In this document: positions 52,738-64,000 of the stretch, piece by piece | Layout: each line of letters begins with the position of its first letter | Numbering within the stretch: position 1 is the stretch's first letter | Assembly (NCBI GenBank): GCA_003427395.1 | Contig: BFEA01000041.1 | Span: 2,449,770-2,513,769, forward strand | Reading direction: 5' to 3' | Length of the DNA: 64,000 nucleotides | Source: Chara braunii | Taxonomy: Eukaryota > Plantae > Charophyceae | Translations under genes and position numbers: made by a program | The notes under the pieces: model-generated | What the model was told of the DNA's origin: nothing | Database searches by the model: none | The model's input: only the letters and a program-made list of their open reading frames with translations

Positions 52738-53532
52738 CTGCAACAGAGCACAGATCCACGAGGCAGTGGCATGAAAGTCTTAAGAGAAATTCTACAGCAA
52801 GGCCTTGGCCCCAAGAGCGCTATGTTAATGCCATTCAAGCACAGACCCTGTCCTGTTTACACCCATGTTCATGTTTTCCAAACACAAACATCTCACCCGT
52901 TGGGCCTCACCCTCAGTCTGGCGACCTTCCACAATCTGATGACTCTGATCCCTGAATCACGCTTCAAGGGGGTGTGCCGCTAGAGCATTCTTTAGAGGTG
53001 CAAGTGCTGGTATTGACCCTGATATGGATCCTCAATTACTGTTGCACGGTACTACAGAGTGTCTCCTGTTGTTAGCACTGGGCTTGGAGTTCACCTCTTT
53101 GAAGAGATTCCATAACCCAGGGAGGCCTTACCGGTGAAATGTGCCTGTAAATAGGCTGTTATGCAAGCACGGACGCTGTTTACATCCAGGTTCATGCTTT
53201 CCAATCACAACATTCCCTGTTCTGGACCGTAGGTTACCTTCATCGACGGGAAGAAATACACTTCCATAATATGAGTGACAGAAACCTTGGGCCTGGCTGA
53301 TTGTGAGGATGGCTGACCTCTTCTCCTCATTAACGTTTTTTGACAGTAGATGTGTGACAGTGTAAGCCCCAAGAGAAAAGGGGGAAAAAAAATGTTAAGT
53401 TTGTGGGGAGCTTCCAGACCATCCATGCACCACACTTTCACACCACACCACAGTTGCAGGAAATTGAAGATAGTCTCTATCAATCAACTCAATTACACAT
53501 TATTGGCTTTGTACATGATGGGCAGCTATTGC

Positions 53533-53636
<104 letters not shown>

Positions 53637-53659
53637 TGTGTGTGTCTCTCTCTCTCCGC

Positions 53660-54600
53660 GGATGAGTAAGAGCGAGAGCGATAGACAGAAAACCAAGTAG
53701 CAAAATCATGCAGAAGTCCAGATAGTCATGTACCAAGCAGAGAGCATAAATGCACCAAGATTCCATCGACATAGGAGCGATACAATGAACTCGTGAGCCA
53801 ATGTCCAAGCCCGCAGGCCACACCAACGCAGTATCCAATGTTGCTCCTACTGTATGGCGCCTAGCGCCCAGCCTACTCTACCCAGTCTATCTAGCCTATC
53901 TATATTCGTGCAACAGGATCACTTCGCCGTCGAAGACCAATGTACATGACGTCAACACCAATGCCAACCTCCCGCATACACCAGGTACGTTCTGTCTTCT
54001 CCCCTCATCAGACCTTGTCCACCCACTCTTGCGCCTCCTTCCCTGAAGACCACCGTCGCCCATCACCTGCCCGCGCCCCTGCAGCCCGGCTATGGCCGCT
54101 AACCGCCCCGCTGCCCTGCAGCACCCCTCTTCACCTCATAGCGCCCGCATGCGCCCCAGCCAGCAGTGCTAGCGCAGACACTAGCAACGCAGCAGAGTGT
54201 CTGCATCGCCTGCTTAGGCCAGAATGACCTCCTCAGGCTGGCCTCCTCCCTATATGGGAGTAGCTGCCCTGCTGGGCTTCCTGGGCCTGGCCGAGGAAGT
54301 TTCCAGTAGCTTCCGGTTGGGCCCCAGTGTCTGCGCCCAGGCCTATTCCTACAGTTAAGGGCCTGGGCCCTCTTCGGTTGGCGCCTTCAGGATGCCTCCA
54401 GACTCCAAGTGTTTGCCGTGTTTGCATGGCCCACAGGGTAAATGTGACGACAATGCTGCATTCTCATTGGCCCACGGCTACTTCGTGATGTGTCGGCCTC
54501 ACACCGTGTGTGCCAGGGTGCAACCACCTGCGTCCTGGGATCAACTGCTTGATGCAGCTGCTGCTTCTGGAAGGAGCCCAGGGAGAGGCCCAGGTTGCAC
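53660..54600 (-). repeat. Solo-LTR-like remnant related to 19508-20426
   Basis: Shared blocks AGTCCAGATAGTC.TG, CTATCTAGCCTAT, CACCAGGTA and GGAAG.TTCCAGTAG. Confidence 0.55.
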
Positions 54601-54779
54601 TTCAACCAACTGGCGTGCTGCAACTGTCTGATACCCAGATTGGAAATTGCTGAGATAAGGGTCTCTCGTGGATATTCAGGCACACAATCCCTAATGAAAA
54701 TTGTGAGAAATGGGTAGGACGCACTGGGCCACTACGGGAGACACTGGTTATAATCTGACCCACTTGGACTTGTATTTGC

Positions 54780-57750
54780 TTGGAAGGGGAGAGTGTTACT
54801 GCCATCTGGACGATGGCGTTGTATAAGAAACTTTTGAATTTACCACATTTCTTAGACGAGACTGTCCACTTGCCCTCCTACTCTTTGTTCTCCGAATGGA
54901 GGTATTGTTGTCCCTTATCAGGGCCAATCTGGATATTCAAGGCCTTCGCATTCCCAACTCACAAGTCAAAGCATCTGCCATGGCCGATGATCTATTCGCC
55001 CTTTCAGCTAATACACCATCCTCCCTCCATGCCCTTAAACCTTATCTTGACATCTACTCCCACCTTCCTGAAACCTTAAACCACCAGTACCTTTCCCATA
55101 ATATTATGTCGGCCGCAAGACTGGCCGCCGATTGGATTTATCGGCGGCCGCCCTTCCATTTCAGGCCAGCGAGTTACCCGGCGCGCCTCTGAAAAATAGC
55201 TGGGAAAGGTACTGGTGGTTTAATCAGCTGGTCTAAATCTGTGGTCATCACAAAACCTGGGGTGCATGTGTGTGTGAACTGGGGTCTCAAAGTTATTCCG
55301 CATGATAAATGCAAACGCTTTCTTGGGGTGCAAGTGGGTATGCTGAATTCCAAGCCCCAGCCCAATGCAATCGTTGAAGGGGAAGTACTGGCCAAACTAC
55401 AATGTGTTAGCTCTTTCCAGGGTGTATCAACCTATGGAAGAGCCCTGCTGCTCAATTCCTCAGTTTTCTCACCTATCTGACATGCATATCCCCGACACCA
55501 TTTAAGTTACGACCTCTACAAGAAACTCAAGGCATCGACAACCAACTACACATGGAAAGGGTTCGTGTCAGAAAACTCCGAGTACCTACCTAAAGTAGCA
55601 TGGCATAAAATCACAGCGCCCAAAAGAGAAGGGTTTTTGAGAATCCGCGACCCTGCAGCCCAAATATCAGCCCTTTTGGCCAGATGGCCGATTAGCCCTC
55701 ACAGACTACAGAGGTCACCCTTGAATCGGCTTGGATGAGGCCATCCTTGCCAGTGAATGAGACCTCTCAAGGGCTGAGGTGTATGGGTTTGCCTCCTCAC
55801 AAAATCCTTCGTCAAGAAGAAAATCACGTTACCAGCTTAGACTCTAGAGAGACATCATGAGGGGTTGGTCACACATCATGTCAGACAATCCCTCCCAAGC
55901 ATCCACCAAAGTGGAGGTCCTCAAGTCACATATTTTTCATAATATCTGGCTTAAAGATGTAGAGGGGAAGCCATGGCTAGCAGATTACGCAGCTGGAAGC
56001 TTCGGTTGCGCATGGATCCAGCCGGGAGTCTCAAGACTAGAAGATATACGTATCAAGGAGCTCAAGCAGTGGAAATCTGCTGCTGAATTTCGACTCGGAG
56101 TCAATCTTCATGGCCTTCATGGAGCTCAAAGCAAATTAGAAAAGATTATTCAAAGCATCCCCATGACATGGCAGAAATTGTTGATGGGGGGAGAACCACC
56201 CATGCCATTGGAAGGAACATGATGGTCAGCAACCGCCGAATATGGGGAACCAGTCATAGGTGGCCTCTCCCACAGCGACGACTCTCAGGGTTTTGTCCTC
56301 AATACTCCAGAAACAACAATCTCTGCCTCAGGCAAATCACACCTACTACTCACAGGACAGCTGATCAGACCGGAGTCACTCAACCTCTTTAGGGCCTTTA
56401 GGCAGATTATTGTGCAGGAATTGCCAGGAAATCAATATAGGGACGGATCAGCACACTTTCATCCATCAACACCCATCTCAGAGCCTGACAAAGCTTCGAG
56501 CCAATCCCCTCTAGTGGTACTGGCATGACGTGTAACCTATGCATTGAATTGCCTTCTGGAACCATACACCAACAGTGGGTTACAGCCTTCAGCAACATTC
56601 TCTAGTATTCATTCTAGAAGTTACAAGTCGATGGTTATCAGAGCGCCCGTCAGGACAAGAACATAATTAGGAGTCAAGCTTCATGACAACCTATGGCTGT
56701 TTCCCCATATTCGGGAGATGCAGACCACCATCTCCCTTGCATGGGTGGTTCTCCCCCCCATCAGAGCACCTATCTCACAGTCCGACAGAGCTTCGAACCA
56801 ATCCCCTCGAGTGCTACTGGCATGACATAAAACCTATGTATGGAATTGCCTTCTGGGACTATACACCATCAGTGGGTTACAGCCTTCAGCGACATTCTCT
56901 AAGATTCATCCCAGAAGCTAAAAGTCGGTGGTTATCAGAGCACCCAATCAAGAAAAGAACAGAATAATTATGAAGTCAATGCTGCAGACATAAAGAATTT
57001 CGAGTGCCCTCGAACAACTCCCATCAGTGAACTTCTCAAGCACTGCTTGGCTCCAATCTCACAGAGCTGTTCCCATGGCCCACTGGCTTCCAGTTTCAAG
57101 TATCTGTTGCAGGTGTGGATCCCAGGTAGAAACCAGCGGACACCTTTCTGTGGTGGCAATGCAAACAGTCTAAATGGATCTTGCCCTGATGGGAAAGCTA
57201 CTGGAAAGCCTTTGCCTCAGATTCCATTGCATGGTCTGAGAACTTTGTGTTAGATGGTATCCTGCCGCCACAGATCTCCCCAACAAAAGGCTGGGGCTAC
57301 GTAGCGCTCACACTCAGATCAGCCACATATGCATCAATCTGGAAGCAGGGAAATGATCGACTTTTTAAGGGATCCTTTTGGTACTCAGATCTAATGATGA
57401 AAAACATGATCTGGGATGACTGGCAAGGAACCTCCAGAGCCCTAAATCGAGGTCCTGATCTCAATTGGTTCATACATACTTGAGCTATCAACTACCGACT
57501 CGTGACAAAATGTACATTTACAAGGCTACAGGTAATATGCTCTTGGCTACTTGAACAGAAACCCCCATACTACCAACCGCGCTGAAATATTATAAGTTGG
57601 CTAATCTCCTAAGTCCTTCACAGACCAGAAAGGGGACCCTAGGACATAGCCACACAATCCATACAAATACTGCAGCAGTCTAGTTTGTATTACAGTGTCT
57701 GGAGGCTGATTTCAGCTGACGAGGTCTGTACCTCCAATTCTATCGTAACT
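54780..57750 (+). mobile_element. Degenerate L1/Tx1-like LINE remnant
   Basis: ASAMADDL, RFLGV, STYGRALLLNS, KVAWHKI..PK; heavily frameshifted. Confidence 0.78.
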
Positions 57751-57963
57751 TTGTGATTGGGACGGTGAACCCATTTTCCAGCAGGTGGTGCTCCTCACTA
57801 ATAGAATGGAGCCAGCTTTGTCAGGAAAAAAAAAAAAAAAGAGAAAGCCACTGTCTGTGCTCGTCGGATGTGTAGTGCTGATCATTAGTATATGAGTTGT
57901 ATACTACAGGGGTGGTGCTCTGCCTGAGGTGACAGGCTGGAGACATATAGACCATTGTTGAGA

Positions 57964-58440
57964 CTCTCTGTTCTTGATGATGTATTCCTTGAGCACAGGG
58001 GCCCATTTGCAATGATTTTCTTGCAGAGAAAAAGGAGGAGAAAGTAAAGAAAAGGAAAAAAAAGAAAAACCAAACTGAGAAAGCAGAGCCAGACAAAACA
58101 ACAGAACTTAACCCAAAAATAGCTCTCTGTTCTTGATGATGTATTCCTTGAGCACAGGGGCCCATTTGCAATGATTTTCTTCCAGAGAAAAAGGAGGAGA
58201 AAGTAAAGAAAAGGAAAAAAAAGAAAAACCAAACTGAGAAAGCAGAGCCAGACAAAACAACAGAACTTAACCCAAAAATAGCTCTCTGTTCTTGATGATG
58301 TATTCCTTGAGCACAGGGGCCCATTTGCAATGATTTTCTTCCAGAGAAAAAGGAGGAGAAAGTAAAGAAAAGGAAAAAAAAGAAAAACCAAACTGAGAAA
58401 GCAGAGCCAGACAAAACAACAGAACTTAACCCAAAAATAG
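57964..58440. repeat. Three near-identical tandem 159-bp units
   Basis: Units start at 57964, 58123 and 58282; one substitution noticed. Confidence 0.95.
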
Positions 58441-58539
58441 ATCCCAAAGTTGTGCTTGTTGCGCTTGTTGTATAATAAAGTTTTCTAACTTTTCTTCTAT
58501 AAGAAAAAGAAGACAGTTGCACTTGTAAACAAGTCCAGC

Positions 58540-59645
58540 GCTCGGTGGGCGTACAGGCCTGTCTGAGTCAGGTTGATAACCGTTAACTGTCTGCTCCTAT
58601 CAGCACTCCTAGCATTACTGCAATCGGACTCGACTTCAGACTTGCTCACAACATGCATACACAGGACTGATGGCAGAGCCAAACTCTTCAACTCAGAATC
58701 AACAATGAACTTGCACTTAAACTCTGTTCAAAACAACTGTACAACTTGCAGCTATGGCCGCCGAACACAGTCTCAACCACCAGCCTCACTCTCCCTCATG
58801 CACGCACGTACGGGGATCACCCTGAATGTCCATGCTACACACACACACACAATCTCTGTACACACTGTCTGCACCAACAGCTGGGCGGCTATGGCCGCCA
58901 TCGTCTTTCTCCCCCTAGCCATGGCCGTCGGTGTCTTCCTCACTGGCCAGCTACGGCCGCTGTCTTCCTCACTGCTCACTTCCTCACCGGGCACCTGCAG
59001 ACCTCCACGCACAAGATACCAAGGCAGCTCTTCCGCATGGCTCACAGGCGAATGAATGAATGGCTGGATGCTGCCTCTTTATTTATACCTCTTTGGAGGT
59101 ACCCAGTCCTGCCTCCAAACCGTGTGAGGCCCGGGTCCGGAGGCTTCCAAACCGCGTGGGCCTTTGGGCCAAAACGCGTATTCTGGAGACTTCTCCAGAA
59201 CGCGTGGGCCTTCCCTTTTCTCCACGTGCAGCCCCTACCCCTGGTACCTGCTGACTCTACTTGCCTACAGGGACCTACGGACTTCTACAACCTACAGACC
59301 GACAGACAGACTCTAGGCCCACAGTAGACTTAGGTAGCGACTTCTAGAACAGACTCTTGTAGGCCTACTGGTAACAGACTCAACTCCTAACCTACAGACC
59401 TAGGGATTGACTCTCACACAGTTCGCTGGGCCTATGTACAGGGTACAGGGTAGGTCTAGGGATCNAATCTCACTCAGCACACAGGGTCAATGTACAGGGT
59501 ACAGGGTAGGTCTAGGGATCAAATCTCACTCAGCACACAGGGTCAATGTACAGGGTTTGGGCAGAGGTCTAGGGATCGAAGCTCTGTGTCTGCAAATGTC
59601 GGGTCTACTGGGTGAAACCGTTTCATTACCCAAGAGAATGTTATA
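58540..59645 (-). repeat. LTR-like family B copy (relatives at ~44605-44990 and ~63470-64000); TATA-like box near 59085; internal ~52-bp tandem repeats at 59430-59580
   Basis: Shared GGATCACCCTG, CTGCAGACC and CTTCCGCATGGCTCAC..AATGAATGGCTGG..GCTGCCTCTT blocks. Confidence 0.55.
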
Positions 59646-60556
59646 AATAGAAATAAAAAAAGAAGAAGAAGAAGAAGAAGAAGAAGAAGAAGAAGGTTGA
59701 TAACTGTTAATTTCAATAATGAGGAACCATGACACCACCGTACACATAGCTGGGAGAGGCACTCGTGGTTCAGGGAAAGAAAAAAGCAAAAACAGACACA
59801 AGAAGGAAAAAGAAGAAAAGGAAAGGAAAAAACAAAGAGTTGGTGTGTGTGGCGATGGCGGTGCGCTGTGAAGCAACACAGCACCGTGTGCCCCAAGGTC
59901 GTGGTTGCCAGGGTGTACGGTTTGACCCAAGGCTGTGACTGCCGTACTATCCAGGTGACGCAGGCTACCCATGACACCCATGTTTAATCTTGTGGTTTAA
60001 GAAAGAAATTCTACAGAAAACTACGGGTGGTTTAAGGAATTCTACAGAAACGTCAACGAATGGCAAGGGTATCGAGTGACAGGGCCCTTCTGCGGTGCAT
60101 CTGAATAAGCTAGAAACAGTTGCATTGGTTGATTTCATGCTGTTGCATGACCAGTCTCTCTCTTGATGAGCGCATCCTGAGTAGTGGTTTGTCAATTTGG
60201 TCAAGTCAAATGAGGTGCTGCTTGATCACAATCTCTCTAATTTTTCCTTCTCAGGATTTTTCTTGTTGCGGCTTGTGTCTGCTCCCTAGCCTAAGGTTGG
60301 AAAGAGAGTGAGCAGGGCCTCGGGAGAGAGAGTTACTTTGCAAGTAGAGAGAGGTGCGGTTTGAAGTTGAGCATTGATAGGCATGAAGATGTTCCTGGCT
60401 AGGTGTAGTAACTACTACCGGTAGTAAGCAACAGGGGCAGGGCTGAGGGCTCTGTCTGCGGTTACAGTCTGGAGGCCTATGGTCCTTGCTAAGTTGGCAC
60501 AGGGACCATCAAAATAATCAATTCTTAAAGAAGAAGAAGAGGAAGAAGAAGAAGGA

Positions 60557-60587
<31 letters not shown>

Positions 60588-60709
60588 AAGAAGAAATGAG
60601 GCCGGTCGGCCCTTGCAGTGCTGTGTTCATCAGGATTTGAACACATGAGCTGGTTATCAACAGTCACATCACTCGCGTGTACATACTGTTCAGCTATGGG
60701 GTAACTTAC

Positions 60710-60926
60710 CCTTTTGCTCGGCTTGCAGTATATGAGATAAATGAGGACGAAAACCGTGGAGAAAGCTAGCCCCATTCCGCTGATGGTTGCAAGGGTCACA
60801 TTGTCATCTGAGACCATCGGCAGCGCATAGTAAAGCCAAATCACACAGTTCACCCATGTGGCAACATAAGGCAGAATGGAGAAATCGCCGACCTCCTTCT
60901 CCTTCACAACCCTGATGAATGTGGGC
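60710..60926 (-). CDS. SWEET: SWEET exon, 217 bp (PTFIRVVKEKEVGDFSILPYVATWVNCVIWLYYALP...LIYCKPSKR; TM2-TM3, first MtN3 repeat)
   Basis: MtN3/saliva motif PTF..I.K.K....FS..PY...NC..W..Y; AG acceptor and GTAAGT donor. Confidence 0.95.
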
Positions 60927-61397
60927 CTGCCAATCGAAAGGCGAAGCAACCAATTTCCAAACCTCAGCCCAACCAATTTCCAACTCCAAAAAGGGGAGTG
61001 GCTTCGTGTGAACAATTGTCTAACAACGTGGGACTCGGTGAGAGCATAAAGTCACCTCTTGCTTTCATAATTCACAGAACAGGAGGAGCAAGCCAACAAC
61101 AAAACAGTTTTGACAAACCAATCAAGCAGTCACACAGTGGCCAACAGCCCCCAAAATGATGCTGGTCCACAGTGCATAACGGTAACCAATAAGGTTCTCC
61201 ATCCACCGATCTGCACCCACATTCCACAATCAGCAAGGTTCTCCATCAATCCATCTGCCCATCCATCCGGCTGCATTCCACGCGAAGGCGGTTCTTCATC
61301 CATGCGGATCCATCTACATTTCAGAACCAGCAACGCTTTCCATCCCTCCATCCAACCATTCATCCACCAGTCTGTACATGCACACTCTATCTGTCCG

Positions 61398-61486
<89 letters not shown>

Positions 61487-61665
61487 GCGATTGAGCGTTG
61501 ATTTCTTCGAGCATGTCTTCTGAGGTCTCATTATGTTCCAACAGAAAAACAGAACTCTACCCACAGGTGGCCAAAAAGCCACTTTTGGGTCATCTCTCAG
61601 AAACAGCAACAACTTGTATGTGTGTTGTGGCACACTGAGAGCGAAACCATGCTAGTGGTACTTAC

Positions 61666-61702
61666 ACTGGTGCACACCATAGTCCGAAAGCCGTGACATT
61701 TC
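61666..61702 (-). CDS. SWEET: SWEET sugar transporter, 37-bp exon (TM1 end: GNVTAFGLWCAP-V)
   Basis: ttccag|GAAATGTC...GCACCAGT|gtaag. The 37-bp exon encoding G-N...P matches the conserved second exon of plant SWEETs, and its phase fits the next exon. Confidence 0.88.
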
Positions 61703-64000
61703 CTGGAATCAACACAGCCCACCAACGAATGAAGCAGAAAATGTGAAATTCGTATTCAATTTGTGAGCTCCAAGAGCATAAAGATACTTAAGAAAAAAGG
61801 CTTAGCAATTGGCACCTTTCTTGTCCAGGCGCTGGGCATGATACCTGCAGTGCTGAAGAGTAGCTTTGTGATCTGCTCCGGAAAGGTCGGGGTGCAGGAT
61901 CTGATCTGCCTTGCCGCCCGTTACCACGCCAGCCTTCGATGTTTGTACGAGTCTGCCTTCGCCCGATTAAACTCAAATGCATTCACAGGCCCACAGAGGA
62001 TGAAGGAAGGGGTCCCCGGTACTTGTGGTTTAAACCACTGCACCAGTACACCGCGGCCTGCAGGTGCCTTTACTGCGCGCCAAGCTTTTCCGAACCCCCA
62101 CCGGCGCACTTGTTTTTCTTTTTTGGCTGGCGCCACCAGCCATGGTGGTCCGGTAAGCTGAGACTCCAAAATATTCGTAGGTGACGAGTTTTTTTTTCAG
62201 CAAGGCTGGGGCCATGTGCTGGTGGTTTAAGCATGCCCCTGAGCACTGAAATGGTATTTGGCTCAATGAATGGTACTTAGCTTTATGACAAGCATCTCAC
62301 CCACAGGTTAAGGCATGGGCAAGTAAACATGATGTTTGACTGGAGCACAAAACAGGCAGGCCATCAGGCTAGGGTGTCTGCATAGAGCGGGTCAGCATTC
62401 ATGGTGTAACCAAGCAATACAGATGAGGTCCAATTTACCAGTGCTCTTCTTTTGTGGGCCACTAAACGCATTCTACCGTGAATAATTTCACTTCGGGCCG
62501 GCAGGCAGGCTCACACATCCATGGAACTTAAGGTCAGTGGGTTAGCCTGTGCACCTTCAAGCTGTTCACGGACCGCTGGGACCGGTGCTTCAGAAAGAGC
62601 AAACAGCATAGTTACTGTACCCTGAAGCATGCTTTTGGCAGAGAGCAGGAGAGGGTAAAGGTCATTCACCTCTCTCTTTGTCAGCAGTCCGGCAGTCTAT
62701 AGGTCGGTTAGTCTGTCTTTCTGGCTATGGTTATGGGTTCTTTTGTCATTCCGACTAACTCTCCTCTCTTACACTTTGTCTATTTGTCAATATGTCACTG
62801 TCTCATCCACTCTGTCCGTTTACAAATCTGTAAGTGTCCTGGTCTTCCACTCTGTCCATTTCGGTCATCGGCTTCACAGTTTGTCAGCCGCTTCAGGAAT
62901 GTCTTTTTGTCTCTATTTGTCTCCCCATCTTGCTGCCCGGTTGTGTTTCTTGATGCGTGTATCTCAGGCTGTTTGTACGTCTGTCAGCCTCTCAGCCTGC
63001 CCACGCTTTTATTTGCCTTTCTGTAACGCGTGGTCGTCCAGCAGAGAAGAGGGGTTGCAAGAGGATATGATGGAGATAGGAGGTGGAGCAGGAAGGTTGA
63101 TCAAGCAAGACGGCGAGAGCACACAGGACACACCATAGACTCACACTGTACACAACCAAACTCCAAGACTTGAAATGCAAAATGAATGAAATGTACAGAC
63201 TGCAGCTGTGGTATACCCCCAGCAGACTGTGTTAGACTGGATTATTACCTACCTGGTACCGGAGTGGACAAATACCTGGCCTGGTCCCCGGTCGGACAGA
63301 CAAATAACAAAATAGCACAGGCCTATAGCCAAGTGGAGAGTACTACTGTAGTACTGCCAGGGACGGATGTCCGTGCTGTTTCGAGTGATACAGAGTGCAA
63401 AGCAAGAACTAGTGTAGACCTAGAATAGCAAGTGATTGGGGCGCCGGGGGGAGGGGCGGGGGGGCACGGGGGGTATCCAGGTATTAGGAAGGTCATACTA
63501 TCGTTAGATAAGACTTGATAGAGACAGATGAAACTGGGTTCACCTTGGTTGTATATTGGGAGCAGTGCCACGCCCACCTTCGGTAGACATGCAATCAGAC
63601 TTGTTCTCAAACACACTTTTCATGCATGTAAACAGCAACGCAGCATACTGGCGACATACGCCCACTCAAAAATCAGATATATGGTTTTCAGATACGAGTT
63701 CACTCTCAATTGGCTATGGCGACTTCAGCGCCCAAACATCTCACTGTTCACATACACTGGATCACCCTGGATATCCCACACGCATCATTCTAACACTCGA
63801 ACACACACACACACTCACTACTAACTACCGCTATGGCAGCTGTCGCTGCATCTACCCTATCGCTATGCTAACTCCCTCTCTCTAGCCCACTGCGTCCTCC
63901 GGGCTCATCTGCAGACCTCCTTGCACAAGTCGCTGTGGCAGCGCTTCCGCATGGCTCACGCAGGAATCAATGAATGGCTGGGCGCTGCCTCTTGATTTAT

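Noticed and set aside
57821-58522. 233-aa repetitive membrane-like ORF
   Set aside because: It is a by-product of the 159-bp tandem repeat with T-rich low complexity.
61703-64000. SWEET exon 1
   Set aside because: No ATG-initiated short exon with a hydrophobic TM1 start and phase-1 donor was identified; it probably lies beyond the window.

Overview
Repeat-dominated eukaryotic genomic DNA. The transposon landscape and giant introns suggest a streptophyte alga such as Chara; this is inference. The one host gene is a minus-strand SWEET/MtN3 sugar transporter. Five exons were found (61666-61702, 60710-60926, 52579-52737, 45106-45225, 25847-25908) with GT-AG boundaries and consistent phases; the first exon was not located. 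Its introns (0.7, 8, 7.4 and 19 kb) are filled with transposons. The most notable element is a near-complete Penelope-like retroelement at 37186-43963 with an N-terminal GIY-YIG domain (Naiad/Chlamys-type order), inserted in a (CT)n microsatellite. It has 845-bp direct pseudo-LTRs, each with a minimal hammerhead-ribozyme motif, and a gag-like ORF1 (CCHC knuckle, SAP-like helix). ORF1 is joined in frame to EN-RT through TGA-CAA-TTA, a canonical stop-codon readthrough context. The window also holds a decayed near-full-length Ty3/Gypsy chromovirus (10887-20426, minus), other Gypsy/LTR remnants, three L1/Tx1-like LINE remnants and a second PLE RT fragment. Smaller features are a tandem tRNA-derived repeat, an ~55-bp motif in about 11 copies that tend to form inverted pairs, and many micro/minisatellites. 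There are five large N gaps and an un-trimmed Nextera mate-pair junction adapter at 1724-1761 (assembly artefact).
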